From the NCBI GenBank assembly GCA_002434005.1, contig DJJF01000015.1:1004-45111 (forward strand): 44,108 nucleotides of DNA. Reading direction: 5' to 3'. Within the stretch, counting starts at the first letter, position 1. Each line of letters starts with the position of its first letter. A program made the position numbers and the translations under genes. This DNA is from Candidatus Saccharibacteria bacterium UBA6575. Its GTDB lineage: Bacteria; Patescibacteriota; Saccharimonadia; Saccharimonadales; Saccharimonadaceae. The notes under the pieces were generated by a model, which saw only the letters and a list, made by a program, of their open reading frames with translations, searched no databases and was not told the origin of the DNA. Below are positions 16,236 through 26,225 of this stretch, one piece after another.

Positions 16236-16963
16236 TTGAAGTCAACCTGATACCTGATGTTAAACAAGAGCTCATCCGCGCGCGTACGCTCAGGTCAATG
16301 ATTGTATCTATTTCAATCCTAGCTATGCTTGCTTCTGGCGGCATCGTTGTGCTGCTCTCGCTCTACGTATTTGCAGGGCAGGGTGTGCGAAATGTCTTTG
16401 CAGATAACGCGATCAAGAGCGAATACGCTGAGCTCAAAAAGGTAAAAGACCTTTCCAATATGCTTACAATCCAAAACCAGCTTGCTAAGCTCTCGGAAAC
16501 GCACAGCAATAAAATGGTATCATCACGCCTATTCGATGTACTCGGTGTCATTATTCCTGCACCACCAAACGATGTATCTCTTACCTCGACAGATGTGAAT
16601 ACTGAAGAAGGAATTCTCACGATATCTGGCCAGTCTGGTAGTGGATTTGCGGCGTATGAGGCATTTAAAAAGACGATTGCGGCTACTAAGTTAATCTTCT
16701 ACGAAGGTGATGCAACGGAGGCAACCAATGTCGCACTTGCCTCAAACATTGTGGACGGCGAGCGTAGCTATGGAGAAGACCAAGATGGTCGTCGCGTGCT
16801 GCGTTTCACAATTTCGTTTACTTACGAACCAGCATTATTCGCATCGACGTCAAAGCGTATGGTCGTGCAGGGACCAGAGCGACGCAACGCAACCGACTCG
16901 TTCATTGCTATACCTGAAAGCCTATTTACGACACCTGCTAACGATGCGGGAGGAGCGCAGTAA
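16232..16963 (+). CDS. pilN: PilN-like pilus assembly protein
   Basis: MIEVNLIPD start with a single TM segment, as is typical of PilN. The call also rests on operon position. Confidence 0.6.
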   Translation: MIEVNLIPDVKQELIRARTLRSMIVSISILAMLASGGIVVLLSLYVFAGQGVRNVFADNAIKSEYAELKKVKDLSNMLTIQNQLAKLSETHSNKMVSSRLFDVLGVIIPAPPNDVSLTSTDVNTEEGILTISGQSGSGFAAYEAFKKTIAATKLIFYEGDATEATNVALASNIVDGERSYGEDQDGRRVLRFTISFTYEPALFASTSKRMVVQGPERRNATDSFIAIPESLFTTPANDAGGAQ

Positions 16964-17619
16964 TGGATAACGTAAAAGCCGATAAAACACTCCGCAAGCG
17001 CCAGCAGATTTCGAGTGCTAATCGAATGATGTTCATATGGGTCGCCGCCGGATCTGGAGTGGTAGGCGTGGCTCTAGTCGTCTCGATCTTCTTGGTGCAG
17101 CAGCTTGTCTTCAACGAAAAGGTATTAGCTCGTAAAAACCAAACTGTTAGTTCGCTCGAAAACAGCCAAAAAGCAGTGCCAGAGCTGCGTAACCAGATAG
17201 CGGTGCGGAACACCGATCAAGCACTGCTTGATAGCCGTGCCAAGGACAGTGACAAACCGCTCCAGGTTGTTATCGATGCATTACCTGATTCAGCAAACTC
17301 GGCCGCGCTTGGCGCATCGCTCCAGAATGTACTCATTCCTGGAACGGGTATCCAGCTCGAGGCTTTAAAAGTAGACCCACTCGATGCAACAAGTACCGAA
17401 GGTGTTATGACGTTCTTGTTCTCGGTATCAACTGATCGCGGCTCTATTGGTGAGCTTCGCAACCTACAGCAACGCCTTGAACGCTCAATCCGTGCCATTA
17501 ATGTAAAATCTGTACTTGTAGAAACATCTGTCGCTAAGGCGACTATGACAGTGAGCGGGGAAGCGTACTATCAGAGTGCGCGCAAACTTGAACTTGGAAC
17601 GGAGACGATCAAGCCATGA
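16963..17619 (+). CDS. pilO: PilO-like pilus assembly protein
   Basis: Single N-terminal TM segment followed by a coiled-coil segment. Translationally coupled (TAATG). The call rests on operon position. Confidence 0.5.
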   Translation: MDNVKADKTLRKRQQISSANRMMFIWVAAGSGVVGVALVVSIFLVQQLVFNEKVLARKNQTVSSLENSQKAVPELRNQIAVRNTDQALLDSRAKDSDKPLQVVIDALPDSANSAALGASLQNVLIPGTGIQLEALKVDPLDATSTEGVMTFLFSVSTDRGSIGELRNLQQRLERSIRAINVKSVLVETSVAKATMTVSGEAYYQSARKLELGTETIKP

Positions 17620-17855
17620 AAAAGTCTGATATCGCCATGATCATCTTGATTGCATCGGTTAGCATGATCGTCGCTTACTTCGTGGTGAAGTCGATTCCGA
17701 TCTTCCAGAGTTCAAGCGAGCCAAAGAAGGTAAGCACTTTCCAAGAAATTACCTCGAACGTCGACGAACCAGATCCTGAAGTATTCAACTCCGGAGCGAT
17801 AAACCCAACGGTCGAAGTCTTTATTGGCGGAAACTCAGCATCGTCAGGGCAGTAG
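17616..17855 (+). CDS. Small single-TM protein in the pil operon
   Basis: 79 aa, TM segment IAMIILIASVSMIVAYFVV, overlaps pilO by 4 nt. Confidence 0.45.
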   Translation: MKKSDIAMIILIASVSMIVAYFVVKSIPIFQSSSEPKKVSTFQEITSNVDEPDPEVFNSGAINPTVEVFIGGNSASSGQ

Positions 17856-17865
17856 GTAGCCGCTT

Positions 17866-19629
17866 ATGGCACTTCTAACACCAGAAATACAGGAAAAGCT
17901 GACAACGCTTTTAGTTGAAGAAGGGTTGATTACTCAGACTGCGATAGACACCGCCAAGGATACTGCTACCAAAGAGAATCAGCCACTCATGACGACGCTC
18001 GTAAAGTCGGGAGATATCAGCGATGAGTTACTGACACATGCAACTGCTCAGGTTTCGGGTGTTCCATATGTAAACCTAAGCAACACGCTTATTAACGAGC
18101 AGATTCTTTCACTGCTGCCCGAAGATATAGCTGAGCGCTTTATGGCAGTGCCACTCGCTGAAGTGCAAAATCGTCTCGCGGTCGCTATGATCGACGCTAA
18201 CAACGTTCAGGCAGTCGACTTCCTGGCAAACCGTATCAACCGGCCTTTAAAGGTATTTATGGCATCCGAAGCCGGTATTCGGCACGTACTCGAGCAATAC
18301 AAGACCGACCTATCGTCGGTTGATATGGCTGCCGAGGAGTCCGAAGAGGCTGCGCAGACCAAGGCTTCAAGTAACATCAAAACAATTGTGCAGGACTCGC
18401 CGATTTCGCGAGCACTTAGTACCATTTTGGAATTCGCAGTAAAGAGTAAGGCAAGTGACATCCATATTGAACCACTCGAGAATGCACTCAAGATCCGCTG
18501 TCGAGTAGACGGTGTACTACGTGAGATTATGCAGCTGCCAAAATCAATTGAACCAGCATTAATTAGTCGAATAAAGATTTTGTCCAACCTCAAGATTGAC
18601 GAACACCGTGTGCCACAAGACGGTCAGTTCGCAGTTAGCGTTGCCAAGAAGGAAGTTGACCTTCGTATCGCTATATCACCGGTTGTTTGGGGTGAGCAGG
18701 TGGTTATCCGTCTTCTCGACAAGAGTGGGAACAGCTTTGACCTAGAGCAAATGGGCTATGCTGGCCGCGGTCTACGCACAATACGTAAAGGTGTAAAACG
18801 ACCAAACGGAATGATTTTAACGAGTGGTCCAACTGGTAGTGGTAAGTCGACCAGTTTGTATGCTCTAATCAAGGAAATCAAAGACGACTCAGTCAACATT
18901 GTGACACTCGAAGATCCAGTTGAATACAAGATGCAAGGTGTGAACCAGATTCAGGTGAATGCTGAAGTTGGCTTGACCTTTGCTAACGGGCTTCGTTCAA
19001 TCCTTCGTCAAGACCCAGACATCGTAATGGTAGGGGAGATCCGTGACAAAGAAACCGCAGAGCTCGCGGTGCAGGCTGCACTTACTGGGCACTTGGTATT
19101 CAGTACGCTTCACACCAACTCAGCAGCTGGAGTGTTGCCGCGTCTACTCGACATGGGAATTGAACCGTTCTTGATCGCCAGTACCGTGAATACGATCATC
19201 GGTCAGCGTTTAGTGCGCCGTGTAGCCACGAAGCGCGATGCATATAACTCGAGCCCGATTGAAACCCAGAACATTCTAACAACCGTGGGGCACTTACTAC
19301 CTCAGACAAAAGACGTCGTCACGCAGGTATCCGAAGACCTGGGGTATAAAGACTTGCCGTTAGCTGGCCAAAGCGCTTATACTTTAGTCAAAGGTAAAGA
19401 TACACCTCAGACACCACGTGGCTACTCAGGCCGCGCAGGACTATACGAGGTAATGGATGTTACCGAGGAAATTCAAAATTTGATCATCAAACGCGCAACC
19501 AGCGCCGAGATTCAAAAGGTAGCAGTCGCGCAGGGTATGGTGACAATGCGTCAGGACGGTTACCTGAAGGCACTGGGCGGACTTACCACAATGGAAGAAG
19601 TGAACCGAGTAGCGGCCGATACGGCATAA
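17866..19629 (+). CDS. pilB: Type IV pilus extension ATPase PilB (GspE family)
   Basis: GspE N-terminal domain, Walker A SGPTGSGKSTSLYA, and the Asp and His boxes (LRQDPDIVMVGEIRD, GHLVFSTLHTN). Confidence 0.9.
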   Translation: MALLTPEIQEKLTTLLVEEGLITQTAIDTAKDTATKENQPLMTTLVKSGDISDELLTHATAQVSGVPYVNLSNTLINEQILSLLPEDIAERFMAVPLAEVQNRLAVAMIDANNVQAVDFLANRINRPLKVFMASEAGIRHVLEQYKTDLSSVDMAAEESEEAAQTKASSNIKTIVQDSPISRALSTILEFAVKSKASDIHIEPLENALKIRCRVDGVLREIMQLPKSIEPALISRIKILSNLKIDEHRVPQDGQFAVSVAKKEVDLRIAISPVVWGEQVVIRLLDKSGNSFDLEQMGYAGRGLRTIRKGVKRPNGMILTSGPTGSGKSTSLYALIKEIKDDSVNIVTLEDPVEYKMQGVNQIQVNAEVGLTFANGLRSILRQDPDIVMVGEIRDKETAELAVQAALTGHLVFSTLHTNSAAGVLPRLLDMGIEPFLIASTVNTIIGQRLVRRVATKRDAYNSSPIETQNILTTVGHLLPQTKDVVTQVSEDLGYKDLPLAGQSAYTLVKGKDTPQTPRGYSGRAGLYEVMDVTEEIQNLIIKRATSAEIQKVAVAQGMVTMRQDGYLKALGGLTTMEEVNRVAADTA

Positions 19630-19648
19630 CAAAGGTGGGATAAACGAT

Positions 19649-20716
19649 ATGCAACAAGAACTTAGGATAGAACTGTTACTCGAAGAAGTGGTGAAGAAGC
19701 GTGCCAGTGACCTTCACTTGCAGGTTGGATTGCCGCCTATGCTTCGTGTTGACGGTAGCCTTAACCCGATTCCGGGGTACAATCCGCTTGGTGAGGCAGA
19801 AGTAGAGCAATTGATCTATGCGATCCTTGATGAAGACCAGCAGCAGATACTGAACAAAGATAAGGAATTCGACTTTTCATTTGCTTTTGGCAACTTAGGG
19901 CGATTCCGTGTTAACGCTTTCCACGAACGGGGAAACCTAGCAGGTGCACTTCGTTTAATCCCGAACGAGATCAAGAACGTTATGGAGCTTGGTATGCCGC
20001 AGGTCGTGCAGTCATTCGCCGATTATCCACGCGGCCTCGTGCTTGTAACTGGTCCAACTGGTAGCGGTAAGTCTACAACGCTCGCAGCGCTTGTCGATAA
20101 GATCAACACCGAGAAGTCTCACCACATTATTACCATCGAAGACCCGATCGAGTTCACGCATAAGTCAAAGAAATCTGTCATTGTCCAGCGTGAAGTGCAC
20201 TATGACACCTACAGCTTCTCGGCAGCCCTGCGAAGCTCATTGCGTCAGGACCCGGACGTTGTGTTGATCGGTGAGATGCGTGACCTCGAAACTATTTCAG
20301 CGGCTATCACGATCGCAGAAACTGGGCACTTGGTATTCGCGACCCTGCACACCAACTCCGCTGCGCAGTCGATCGACCGTATGATTGACGTATTCCCGCC
20401 GCACCAGCAGCCACAAATTCGCGCACAGCTATCTAATATCCTTATGGCGATTTGTTCCCAGCGTCTCGTGCCAGCCATTGGTGGTGGTCGTGTCGTCGCA
20501 GCAGAAGTGTTAATTGCGAATCCTGCTGTGCGTAACATTATTCGTGAAGGTAAGAGCCACCAGCTCGATGCAGTTATTCAAACTTCAGCCGACCAAGGCA
20601 TGCAGACAATGGACCGTACACTCGTAAGCTTGGTGCAAGCTGGTACGATTACCTACGATGAAGCTCGTAACTATGCTGTTGATCTAACCGAATTCGAACG
20701 ATTGATGAGAGGCTAG
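19649..20716 (+). CDS. pilT: Twitching motility retraction ATPase PilT
   Basis: 355 aa. ASDLHL, TGPTGSGKSTTLAA, LRQDPDVVLIGEMRD, GHLVFATLHTNSA and the AIRNIIREGK-like motif. Confidence 0.9.
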   Translation: MQQELRIELLLEEVVKKRASDLHLQVGLPPMLRVDGSLNPIPGYNPLGEAEVEQLIYAILDEDQQQILNKDKEFDFSFAFGNLGRFRVNAFHERGNLAGALRLIPNEIKNVMELGMPQVVQSFADYPRGLVLVTGPTGSGKSTTLAALVDKINTEKSHHIITIEDPIEFTHKSKKSVIVQREVHYDTYSFSAALRSSLRQDPDVVLIGEMRDLETISAAITIAETGHLVFATLHTNSAAQSIDRMIDVFPPHQQPQIRAQLSNILMAICSQRLVPAIGGGRVVAAEVLIANPAVRNIIREGKSHQLDAVIQTSADQGMQTMDRTLVSLVQAGTITYDEARNYAVDLTEFERLMRG

Positions 20717-20729
20717 TCAGGGGCATTAC

Positions 20730-21941
20730 GTGAAGCGCTATACCTACGAAGCAAAAGATACCTCTACCGGTAAAAAGGTAAAATCGGTTGTACAGGCTGA
20801 GAGTGAGCAGGCAGCTGCAAAAGTGCTGCTTGCTCAGGGTTTTGCACCATTAAACATCGAAGAAGAGGGTAATAGCGACTCCATTCTCGCGCGGTTTACA
20901 AACCGCATCGGTACAAAAGACAAGATCGTATTCAGTCGTCAACTCGCCACACTGATTGGCGCCGGCTTGCCGCTATCCCAGAGCATGCGCACGATTGCCG
21001 AGCAGACTGAAAACAAACGATTCCGAGCCATTGTTGAAGAAATTCTCGCAGATGTTGAATCAGGTAAGACACTATCCGACTCATTCGCAAAGTACCCGGA
21101 TATATTCGACAAAGTGTTTTTATCTCTTATAAAAGCGGGTGAAGCATCCGGTACACTCGATGACGCCTTAAAGCGGATTGCGAATCAGCAAGAGAAAGAT
21201 GCCGCCATGATGAGCAAGATCAAGGGGGCGCTTACATATCCACTTATCGTTCTTGTCGTCATATTTGGTGTTATGGCGTTCATGCTATTCACTGTTGTTC
21301 CACAGGTTGAAAAACTCTATGACGACCTAGGTAAAGAACTGCCATTCCTTACCCAAACCATGGTGAACGGAGCAGACTTCTTAACGAAGTTCTGGTGGCT
21401 CGTGATAATAATCCTGGGTGTAGCGGGTTACTTCATTGCTCAGTATCTTAAAACAGAAGACGGTATAAAGGTGAAAGACACATTTAAGCTAAATGTGCCG
21501 CTATTCGGGGTGATGTTCCGAAAACTCTACATGGCTCGATTTGCACGTACAGCTCAGACGCTGCTGAATACCGGTGTTCCAATGCTTGATATGCTCAAAA
21601 TTACTAGTGAGGCAGTAAACAACACAATCGTTGGCGCAGGTATCACTCGTGCAGCCGAGAAGGTAAAGGGCGGTAAGGCTCTATCGGAATCAATCGCTTC
21701 GGAAGAATATATCCTTCAGTTAGTTCCACAAATGGTCAAGATCGGCGAGCAATCCGGTAAGATCGATGAAATGCTAGGGCGAGCGGCCCAGGTATATGAG
21801 GATGAGTTAGACGAGCAGATCAAGGCGATTTCGACCGCGATCGAGCCACTCCTAATGGTGGTACTAGCTGTCGTAGCAGGTGGTATGGTAGGGGCTATCT
21901 TGTTCCCAATATATAGCCTCGTTAACGGCGTTAACGTTTAA
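20730..21941 (+). CDS. pilC: Type IV pilus platform protein PilC (GspF family)
   Basis: 403 aa with two GspF repeats (FSRQLATLIGAGLPL.. and FARTAQTLLNTGVPM..) and three TM segments. GTG start. Confidence 0.85.
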   Translation: MKRYTYEAKDTSTGKKVKSVVQAESEQAAAKVLLAQGFAPLNIEEEGNSDSILARFTNRIGTKDKIVFSRQLATLIGAGLPLSQSMRTIAEQTENKRFRAIVEEILADVESGKTLSDSFAKYPDIFDKVFLSLIKAGEASGTLDDALKRIANQQEKDAAMMSKIKGALTYPLIVLVVIFGVMAFMLFTVVPQVEKLYDDLGKELPFLTQTMVNGADFLTKFWWLVIIILGVAGYFIAQYLKTEDGIKVKDTFKLNVPLFGVMFRKLYMARFARTAQTLLNTGVPMLDMLKITSEAVNNTIVGAGITRAAEKVKGGKALSESIASEEYILQLVPQMVKIGEQSGKIDEMLGRAAQVYEDELDEQIKAISTAIEPLLMVVLAVVAGGMVGAILFPIYSLVNGVNV

Positions 21942-21944
21942 CTA

Positions 21945-21973
21945 TAGACAAAACATACGCTCGTGCGTATGAT
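21945..21973 (+). promoter_or_regulatory. Sigma70-type promoter for the pilin gene (TAGACA-17 nt-TATGAT)
   Basis: TAGACA at 21945-21950 and TATGAT at 21968-21973. Confidence 0.5.
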
Positions 21974-22028
21974 AAGCGTAAGCAAGAATGCTTAACAGTT
22001 TAAGTTCATAGAAAGGTGGGAATCAAAT

Positions 22029-22511
22029 ATGAACGCTCAAACTAAAAAACAAGGATTCACGATCATCGAAGTCGTGCTTGTCCTTGCAATCGCAGGACTT
22101 ATCTTCCTGATGGTGTTCATTGCATTGCCTGCACTGCAGCGCAACCAGCGTGACACAGCACGAAAGAACGACATGAGCCGGGCTCAGACGGCTATCAACA
22201 CAGCGGCTTCTAATAGCCGAGGCGCCCTGCCAACGCTTGACGCGGCATTTATCACTAGGTACCTACAGGTAAACGGTGATGAATTCAAAGACCCAGCCGG
22301 TAAAGACTATGCATTCTCAGCGCTAGCTGGTGCTGCTGCTCCGACAACTGGATTCGACGGCAACAACAGTGCACAGACCAACGTGCGTGTCTTCTACACA
22401 ACCGGAGCGGTGTGTGGTAACGATGGTGTAGTCACGCTAAACCAAGGCTCGCGTAAGGTCGCGCTTCGACTCGTTCTCGAAGGTGGCGGTATCTCCTGCG
22501 TTAACAACTAG
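22029..22511 (+). CDS. pilA: Major type IV pilin
   Basis: Class III signal KKQG|FTIIEVVLVLAIAGLIFL. 160 aa with a C-terminal Cys pair. It has its own promoter and a strong terminator. Confidence 0.85.
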   Translation: MNAQTKKQGFTIIEVVLVLAIAGLIFLMVFIALPALQRNQRDTARKNDMSRAQTAINTAASNSRGALPTLDAAFITRYLQVNGDEFKDPAGKDYAFSALAGAAAPTTGFDGNNSAQTNVRVFYTTGAVCGNDGVVTLNQGSRKVALRLVLEGGGISCVNN

Positions 22512-22532
22512 CAGATAATGAGATCTCTAAAA

Positions 22533-22559
22533 CCAGCTCGCTTGTGCGAGCTGGTTTTT
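22533..22559 (+). terminator. Intrinsic terminator after the pilin gene
   Basis: CCAGCTCGCttgtGCGAGCTGG followed by TTTTT. Confidence 0.8.
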
Positions 22560-22591
22560 CGTATCAAGTATGTCTGTTATGATGAAAAGCA

Positions 22592-23500
22592 ATGACCGTA
22601 CTGCTTTCGTTTATTGCCGGGGTGATGGGCCTCCTACTGGGGAGTTTCGCTGGCGCACAGGTGTGGCGCTTACGGGCGCGTCAACTGGCTCATGATAAGG
22701 CAGCAGGTGAAGAGTACGACACATCTGAATATAAACGCCTACATGGCCTTATGGGGCAGAAAACAAGCGAGGATCGCTCACGATGCCTATCGTGCGGCCA
22801 CACGTTAGCCTGGTACGACCTTATCCCACTTGTCAGCTGGGTGAGCACAAGAGGGAAATGTCGCTATTGCAAGCAGCCCATTGGGCTTTTAGAGCCACTT
22901 ATTGAACTAGGCACGGCATCCGTTTTCGGTCTATTTACGTATATGTGGATTGCATCGTCAGGTTTACAAGCATTCGGACTCATTCTACTCTTGCTCTGGT
23001 TAGCGGCATTCGTGATGCTTATCATCTTGTTTGTGTACGATCTGAAATGGTTCTTGCTGCCAGATGTTATCATGTTTCCACTCATTGGGTTATCGCTCGT
23101 CATATCCCTAATGAGCATCACGCTATTTTCTAATGCTACGCTCGGAGAAATCGCTTCGACCACTACCAGCGTTGCTATACTCGGGGGCTTGTATCTGATC
23201 CTCTGGCTTGTATCAAAGGGTGCATGGGTCGGGTTCGGTGATGTGAAACTGGGTGTGGCGCTTGGATTACTGCTCATGGATTGGAAGCTGGCACTTCTGA
23301 CACTATTTCTTGCAAACCTCATTGGTACACTGGTCGTACTACCAGGCCTCCTTTCGGGCAAGCTGTCACGCAAGGCTCAGGTGCCGTTTGGCCCATTCCT
23401 CATACTCGGATTCTTTATTTCACTTACTGCAGGTCATTGGATTCTAGATGGCTATATGGCATTCACCCAGTGGTTGAGTACCGTTTTGCTTATGCTATAA
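22592..23500 (+). CDS. pilD: Prepilin peptidase/N-methyltransferase PilD (A24 family)
   Basis: A CxxC...CxxC zinc-finger region (CLSCGH..CRYCK), multiple TM segments, and the GFGDVKL catalytic Asp motif. Confidence 0.85.
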   Translation: MTVLLSFIAGVMGLLLGSFAGAQVWRLRARQLAHDKAAGEEYDTSEYKRLHGLMGQKTSEDRSRCLSCGHTLAWYDLIPLVSWVSTRGKCRYCKQPIGLLEPLIELGTASVFGLFTYMWIASSGLQAFGLILLLLWLAAFVMLIILFVYDLKWFLLPDVIMFPLIGLSLVISLMSITLFSNATLGEIASTTTSVAILGGLYLILWLVSKGAWVGFGDVKLGVALGLLLMDWKLALLTLFLANLIGTLVVLPGLLSGKLSRKAQVPFGPFLILGFFISLTAGHWILDGYMAFTQWLSTVLLML

Positions 23501-23566
23501 TTACCCCAAATGGGCGCATACTTCAGATCACGTAAACAGGGGCGGACGGGCGATGAAGTGCGTCGC

Positions 23567-24289
23567 ATGCCGGTACATGGTTTTACGATCATCGAAGTTA
23601 TGCTATTTTTTGCTGTTACAGGCGCACTAATGCTTGGAGTTCTTGGAACAGCGTCGATAGGGGTTAATACGCAGCGCTACAATGATGCGGTTAATACTTT
23701 CGTTTCGATTGTGCAGCAGGAGTTTACGAATGTTACGAATGTCGTAAATTCCAATTCAGATACGAGCGTGTGTGCATCTGCATCGAACGTAAATCGTGGA
23801 ATATCAGATTGCGTGATTCTTGGACGATTGATGACAATTGATAGCAACGGTGATATGGTCCGCTCAAATATCGTAAGTACAACCACACCGACCACGCCAC
23901 CAGCTACGAATACTCGTGAGCTTGCAGTTGTCCGCGGCTATAATCCGCGTATTGACACCTCAAGCCAAGAAGACGGCCAGATGAACTGGGGAACCCGTAT
24001 TTTGCGAGGTTCAAACGGTTCAAACGTAGCGCTCCTTATTATTCGGTCTCCGCGCTCAGGAAATGTGTATAGCTATGTTGTACATTCGAGTGTAGGAATT
24101 CCTACAGATGTCAGTGATTTAATTGACGATATCATTGGAGGGGCTGCCGATAACTCGCGTGACCAATATATGTGTATTGATCGCTCCGGCTGGGTTGCGT
24201 CCAGTATGCGCGTCGTCAAGCTTACACCGTATGCGTCTGGGCCGGGTGGCGTAAATGTTGAGGATGAGTCAGGATCGGTATGCGGATAG
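23567..24289 (+). CDS. Minor pilin/pseudopilin
   Basis: MPVHG|FTIIEVMLFFAVTGAL prepilin N-terminus. The track start at 23510 would give an unusually long leader. Confidence 0.6.
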   Translation: MPVHGFTIIEVMLFFAVTGALMLGVLGTASIGVNTQRYNDAVNTFVSIVQQEFTNVTNVVNSNSDTSVCASASNVNRGISDCVILGRLMTIDSNGDMVRSNIVSTTTPTTPPATNTRELAVVRGYNPRIDTSSQEDGQMNWGTRILRGSNGSNVALLIIRSPRSGNVYSYVVHSSVGIPTDVSDLIDDIIGGAADNSRDQYMCIDRSGWVASSMRVVKLTPYASGPGGVNVEDESGSVCG

Positions 24290-25491
24290 GCGTGAACCAG
24301 CGTGGCGATACGATTATAGAGGTCATGGTAGCCTTTGCCGTATTTGCAATGGTTGCCGTTGGGGCGTTTACCATCATGAATCAAGGTACTGCCGGAGCAC
24401 AGAACACGCTTGAAACTACGTTGGTGCGCCAGCAAGTCGATAACCAGGCTGAATATATCCGGTACTTACACCAAGCATATATCTCGAATCCAAACGACCT
24501 AACCCCCGGGAGTGCCAGCGTTAAATTCAAGGATATTTTAGCTTTTGCAGAGACTGCGCACGACAACGGCCTCACACAGCCGAGCTCGTTTGGGGCAACC
24601 TGTACGCAGACTATTCCTGGAACCGACACATCACGCTTCGTACTCAACAAATCGGGCGATAGGATTTCTAATGTACGTCCCGCATCATCTATTGGTGCGG
24701 CGGTCGCACCGTATGCGCAGCTAGCCGACTCCACTACTTCATACGGGCTGTGGATCGAGCCGATCGTATCCGAACCCGATGCTAGCGGAACTACCCGTTA
24801 TATCGATTTTCATGTACGAGCTTGTTGGGAGAGTGCCTCGGCGAGTTCGCAAAGTACGCTTGGAACAATTGTACGTCTGTATGTGCCGGATAATGTGGCG
24901 ACCGGATCGGTCGGCTCCGGCGGCTCTCCAATTCCTGCCCCAACTATGATCACTGACTTTAGCTATGACGGCGCATCGAGGAATGGTTGCTACCCACATA
25001 AAGATGTTGAGCGTGACGAGCAATCTGAGTCTCGCCCAACTTGGACGCCTCCACTGGCGACATTACCTGGTATGGATGGTGTCGATGTATCCGCACCGGC
25101 TGTATGGCAATGCCAGGTAGAGGGAGCTGCGGTCTACTCGTGTGTGAACTACGATGTACAATACCAACCGAATATCCCAGCAGCATCCACCGGTAACTAC
25201 GAATTGACGCTCCGGTACTACGATGCGAATTGCGGCGCATATAATTATGTTGTTCCACCGTATGTATTCAAAGTTGATATTTACAAAGATGACGCATACC
25301 TACGAACCGTCGATCTTTCTCCTTCGGCCACTCCCGGCGGACTTAGAACGAGTACTGCGATCAATATTGGCGCAGTGTCGCCAACTACACGAATCCAGAT
25401 ACGCTGGTGGAATAACCACTTCTATGGACCGACTATGCAAGATCCTGATTTCGCCATTCAGCAATTGATACTCCAAAGGACAGGGCCGTAA
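24280..25491 (+). CDS. Large pseudopilin-like protein
   Basis: N-terminus NQRG|DTIIEVMVAFAVFAMV is prepilin-like. 403 aa. Overlaps the upstream gene. Confidence 0.5.
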   Translation: MRIGVNQRGDTIIEVMVAFAVFAMVAVGAFTIMNQGTAGAQNTLETTLVRQQVDNQAEYIRYLHQAYISNPNDLTPGSASVKFKDILAFAETAHDNGLTQPSSFGATCTQTIPGTDTSRFVLNKSGDRISNVRPASSIGAAVAPYAQLADSTTSYGLWIEPIVSEPDASGTTRYIDFHVRACWESASASSQSTLGTIVRLYVPDNVATGSVGSGGSPIPAPTMITDFSYDGASRNGCYPHKDVERDEQSESRPTWTPPLATLPGMDGVDVSAPAVWQCQVEGAAVYSCVNYDVQYQPNIPAASTGNYELTLRYYDANCGAYNYVVPPYVFKVDIYKDDAYLRTVDLSPSATPGGLRTSTAINIGAVSPTTRIQIRWWNNHFYGPTMQDPDFAIQQLILQRTGP

Positions 25492-26225
25492 TGCGATACC
25501 ATAAAGGATTTACTTTGATCGAACTCATGCTGTCTATGGCATTTGTTTCAATCTTATTAATTTCGATTGCCATGCTATCGATTCAACTGTCTAACCAATA
25601 CTCGCGAGGCCTAACATTAAAGGAAGTCACCCAGGCTGGAACCGAAGCCTCGAATGACATCAAACGTACTATGGCCCAGGCCCAGATTTCGACTACCGGA
25701 GTTCGCTTAAAACAAGTTTTGAATGGGGGTTGGGCACTATGTACGGGTTCATATACCTATATTGCAAATAGCCCGGGTAATTTAGAAGCAAATAATGCGA
25801 ATGTAATACGAGTTGGGGAGGGAGCAAACAAATCACCAGCACGGTTGGCGAAAGTTCGTGACCTGGGTGGTGCATTTTGTTCGGCAACAAGTAATCTTGA
25901 TACGGTAGCCGGCAAGAATGTGGACGCGACGGATGCATCCGAGCTGCTTTCCGGCGGATCACGGCTGCTGGTCGTGCGCGATCTGACCATTTCACCAAAT
26001 ACAGCAACCGGTAAGCCGGACTTGGGTCAACCGTTCTACGATGACTTCCAAAAGGGGCGGGGGATTTATGCCGTTACGATCACTATAGGTACCGGCGTAG
26101 ACTCAGAAATCCAATCAAACACCACATGTAAGCCGCCGGGAAGTGCTGATAAGTTGGCAAACCTGGATTTCTGCGCTATCGATACGTTTGAATTCACCAC
26201 ACGAGTAGGAAGCTCTGAGGTATGA
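25491..26225 (+). CDS. Minor pilin/pseudopilin
   Basis: MRYHKG|FTLIELMLSMAFVSILL is a canonical prepilin N-terminus. Confidence 0.65.
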   Translation: MRYHKGFTLIELMLSMAFVSILLISIAMLSIQLSNQYSRGLTLKEVTQAGTEASNDIKRTMAQAQISTTGVRLKQVLNGGWALCTGSYTYIANSPGNLEANNANVIRVGEGANKSPARLAKVRDLGGAFCSATSNLDTVAGKNVDATDASELLSGGSRLLVVRDLTISPNTATGKPDLGQPFYDDFQKGRGIYAVTITIGTGVDSEIQSNTTCKPPGSADKLANLDFCAIDTFEFTTRVGSSEV